A DNA stretch of 64,000 nucleotides. It comes from Lytechinus pictus (Eukaryota). The stretch covers positions 18,724,001-18,788,000 of the forward strand of contig NC_087253.1 in NCBI RefSeq assembly GCF_037042905.1, written 5' to 3'. Both the position numbers and the translations under genes were made by a program. Positions 60,678 to 64,000 of the stretch are shown here, in pieces. Position 1 is the stretch's first letter. Each line of letters opens with the position of its first letter. The notes below the pieces were generated by a model. The model saw only the letters and a list, made by a program, of their open reading frames with translations, did not search any database and was not told the DNA's origin.

Positions 60678-62633
60678 GAGGTCAGTGTCGTAATGGGCCA
60701 AGAGTGATGATGGGCCAGACATGTCGTTTGAGGCAAAAATCATTTTTAAAAAGCTTCACGCCAATGTAGAAAGCGAATTTTGAACTATTTGATTTAAAAA
60801 ATCTAATTTTGGAGTAGATTTTGACATAGTATTCAAAATTGTATCATAATTAACATCTTTTTTTTCCTTCATTTTCTTCTCTTTTCTTGGTCATGAAACT
60901 TTTTTGGGGGTCCATGACCCCCATATTCCATCTTTATGACGGTGTGGAGGATAGTTCTCAAGTCTGAAGTTGGAGTGTTTATGTTAGCTATTTTGCAACA
61001 ATACTTTGTAACGACTCGAACAATAACGCAAGCAGGAAGCTCGAGTTGAAATTTTTTATATACTGAACTGAACATGCTGTAGATGGGCCATTTTGATGAC
61101 TCTTTTTTTATTTTCATGGTTTTTTTTCCTTTTTTATTCGCATTAAAATTTTAAATTCTCGTTTCTTTTATATTTATTTTCTATTTATCCTCAATTGAGG
61201 TACTTGATTGAATATCAAAATATAAAAGTTTTTACATTATAAAAATTCATGCCATATTGCACAATATTTTACAGAAAGAATAACCACACCAATAGAATAA
61301 AAATACGCTACTTATTCGCTTGAAGTAATAGCGTATCTTCTGCAGTTCAGTTTCATTAAATCTTTTCTGATTATACTTCAAACTAATGTAAAATCTTATT
61401 TCTGCTTTCAAACTTTCAATAGATAGTTTCCATTTAACACATGTTTCTGTTTGTCATTTCATTCTTTGTCGTAATTCTTATATACAGTAAATTGCACGCT
61501 GAATTGAATTTGGGGGATAATAATGACAATTGTTTCCGTGTTATTTCTTTAATTCACGAATCCCATATCGCACAATTGATACTTACGATTATTTAATAGA
61601 TGTTATCCAAGAACTATTGCCTTTTATTAGCTTCTCTAATTTGAAGTTAGGGGAGAAAACTAATTATTACGATTGTTGAATTTAAGTGTTAGAATGTGCA
61701 AGATTGTTGTTTTTCGATTATCTATATCATATCCTATAACAATTTTTTTTTCTCATTAATGTCAAGATCAAGAAAGAAATATCGGTAATAAGACACGAGA
61801 CTATTTTCCAAAATATCCTGACTCCTTTTTTATTTTGTATTATCATGGACCTAGGTCCATGGTGTTATGCTCCACTTATTCTACATCATAAACCTGAATA
61901 AAGAATACTAACAACAGGTGATATTCAAAAGGGTTGTAAAATAAACGAGACACACCCCATTAACTTGTTTGTTGGCAGGGGTCGATTTTGAAAAGATTAG
62001 CACATGTGTGAACTTTTTATTCTATTTCATCCATGATTTTTTTTTCTCCATCCATCTGTTTCTAAGTTCCCGACAGGAATGTTGTCATTCAATTATAGGA
62101 TAAACATGAGAATACGAGAAAATCATCCCCACCTCATCTTGATCACTATTATCATGATTATTTTCATCTTCCTCTTAATCAGCATGAACATACATCACCA
62201 TGAGTACTTTTTCCAGGCTTGTTATCTAATAGATTTTTTCTACGAATGCGAATGTATAACCCCCATCTCTCTCCGACCCCTGGGATCGAAACTCGGGCTG
62301 AGGTAGCTTCGACTGTGGTGATCGTGTGCAAAATAACCCCTTCCAAAAGATTTTGCTATTCAAGATCTAGGAATGAGGGGCTACATGTACAGGGAAGTGA
62401 CCGCGCCCTATGATTTTCCAAGCAATAAAAAACCGGGAGGAACGAAGAAAAGATGAGGAATAAGAAAGAGAAAATAAAGTAAAATCTAAAGTAATCAACT
62501 CCATTCATATGTACATGTACGTGAAGTATTGGATAAAGATTTTTTTGTAAAGTTTGATTACCTTTGAACAACCAACTATTGTATAGTAATAATTTTCCAT
62601 GTAGGTTAAATAAATATATGCCTAAAATAACTC

Positions 62634-62955
62634 ACAGAATGGTCACTAACATCTGAATACAAGATTCAAGAGTTCATGGTTTCGTTTAGGCTAGAAAATA
62701 CATTGTTACTTATAGATTTATAGTGTTAGCACAAATATAATTATACTTTCATTTCCTTTTTGCCAGGTTGTAAAATATGATGTTATGTCTAATAAATTAC
62801 AGAATGGTCACTAACATCTGAATACAAGATTCAAGAGTTCATGGTTTCACTCAGGCTAGAAAATACATTGTTACTTATAGATTGTATAGTGTTAGCACAA
62901 ATATAATTATACTTTCATTTCCTTATTTCTAGGTTGTAAAATATGATTTTGTGTC
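62634..62955. repeat. 165-bp tandem duplication
   Basis: acagaatggtcactaacatctg... at 62634 and 62799. Confidence 0.92.
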
Positions 62956-63107
62956 ATGCGGAATTTTATTTCAAATAATGTTGAATTTGTTATTTTTCAT
63001 TGTTTTGTATTCAAGAATAAGTTCAAAGAAAGTTTGTGTAAAATTTGTCAGAGTATGCAAGAAGTACTAGCATTTGCGTGGCGAGATCACTAATGCTATG
63101 GAGATCA

Positions 63108-64000
63108 AGAATTTACCAACAAATTTGATAATACTTCAGATATTTCCCTTTTTCATGCAAACATACGAAGTATAAAAAAGAACTTTTAATATTTAGTTAA
63201 CCTCTTACACTCATTAAACAATTTTCCGTTTTCCGTAATCGGCTTAACCGAAACATGGCTACATGAAAGTTCCCCAGATATTTTTAATCTACCTAATCAT
63301 AATTTGATAAGGACAGACCGTAAAGAAAGAAGAGGTGGTGGCGTTGCCTTTTATATTTCACAAAATCTTTAATTCACAATTCGTTCTGATGCAAAATTAT
63401 CTCATGCAGAGTCTTTGTTCATAGAGATCGAAAACTCTAGTTCCAAAAACATTATCATAGGATTGGTTTATAGACCCCCTAATTCAAATACAGACCTCTT
63501 TCATGATGAACTAGAGCAGTTTCTTTATAAAATAGGGGATGAAAACAAACATATTTTTCTACTCGGTGATTTCAATATTAACTTATTGCCCTCAACCGAT
63601 AATAATAATGCAACTAATTTCATGAAATTGGTGTACTCATTTGGCTTTCTTTCTATCATTAATAAACCCACCAGAATTAATCTAAATTCATCAACTCAGA
63701 TTGATAACATTTTTTCGAACGTCCATAATAGCAAAGCCATCGGAGGAATCCTCTGTTCTGAAGTTTCGGACCACCTACCTATATTTTTAACTAATGTAAA
63801 CTCTCTTTAATACCCTAAATCCAATAAAGAATATTCTTATCGTAAAGAATCTAAACAAAATATAGAACTATTAAAGCAAGATTTATTTTTAGAAGATTGG
63901 GAAGACGTTTACGATGAAGTAAATCCCAATATTGCATACAATCACTCTAATAATAAATTAAAACACTATTATAAAAAAATATCCCTTTAGGTAAAGTTAA
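63108..64000 (+). pseudogene. Decayed non-LTR retrotransposon ORF2 (AP-endonuclease domain, CR1/L2-group-like)
   Basis: Motifs HANIRS, IGLTETW, GGGVAFYI, VYRPP, LGDFN, IDNIF, SDHLPIF; in-frame TAA at 63187 and 63370. Confidence 0.9.

Noticed and set aside
63415-63810. Host endonuclease gene
   Set aside because: It is part of a LINE ORF2 with in-frame stops upstream and a frame break downstream.

Overview
AT-rich animal genomic DNA. The repeat landscape resembles an invertebrate deuterostome such as a sea urchin, but that is inference only. Most of the window (507-54674, minus strand) is one very large MUC4-like mucin gene. I reconstructed it by hand as 30 GT-AG coding exons that splice in a continuous frame (19,057 nt, about 6,350 aa); the 3' end lies beyond the left edge. 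Domain order: signal peptide; a single 14,688-bp Ser/Thr/Met-rich tandem-repeat exon; NIDO; AMOP; VWD with GDPH; cadherin/Ig-like repeat; EGFs; SEA-like module; a recently duplicated array of calcium-binding EGF exons. The introns and upstream region carry many non-autonomous DNA transposons (TTAA-flanked Kolobok-like, hAT-like, Tc1-like and Harbinger-like, several nested), tRNA-derived SINEs, three decayed LINE fragments and mini/microsatellites. No rRNA, true tRNA gene or CRISPR array was found. The most notable points are the NIDO-AMOP-VWD plus SEA-like hybrid architecture, the hierarchical 39-bp/936-bp/1794-bp repeat of the giant exon, a chimeric EGF exon that records an unequal crossover, and tandem duplications of splice boundaries.
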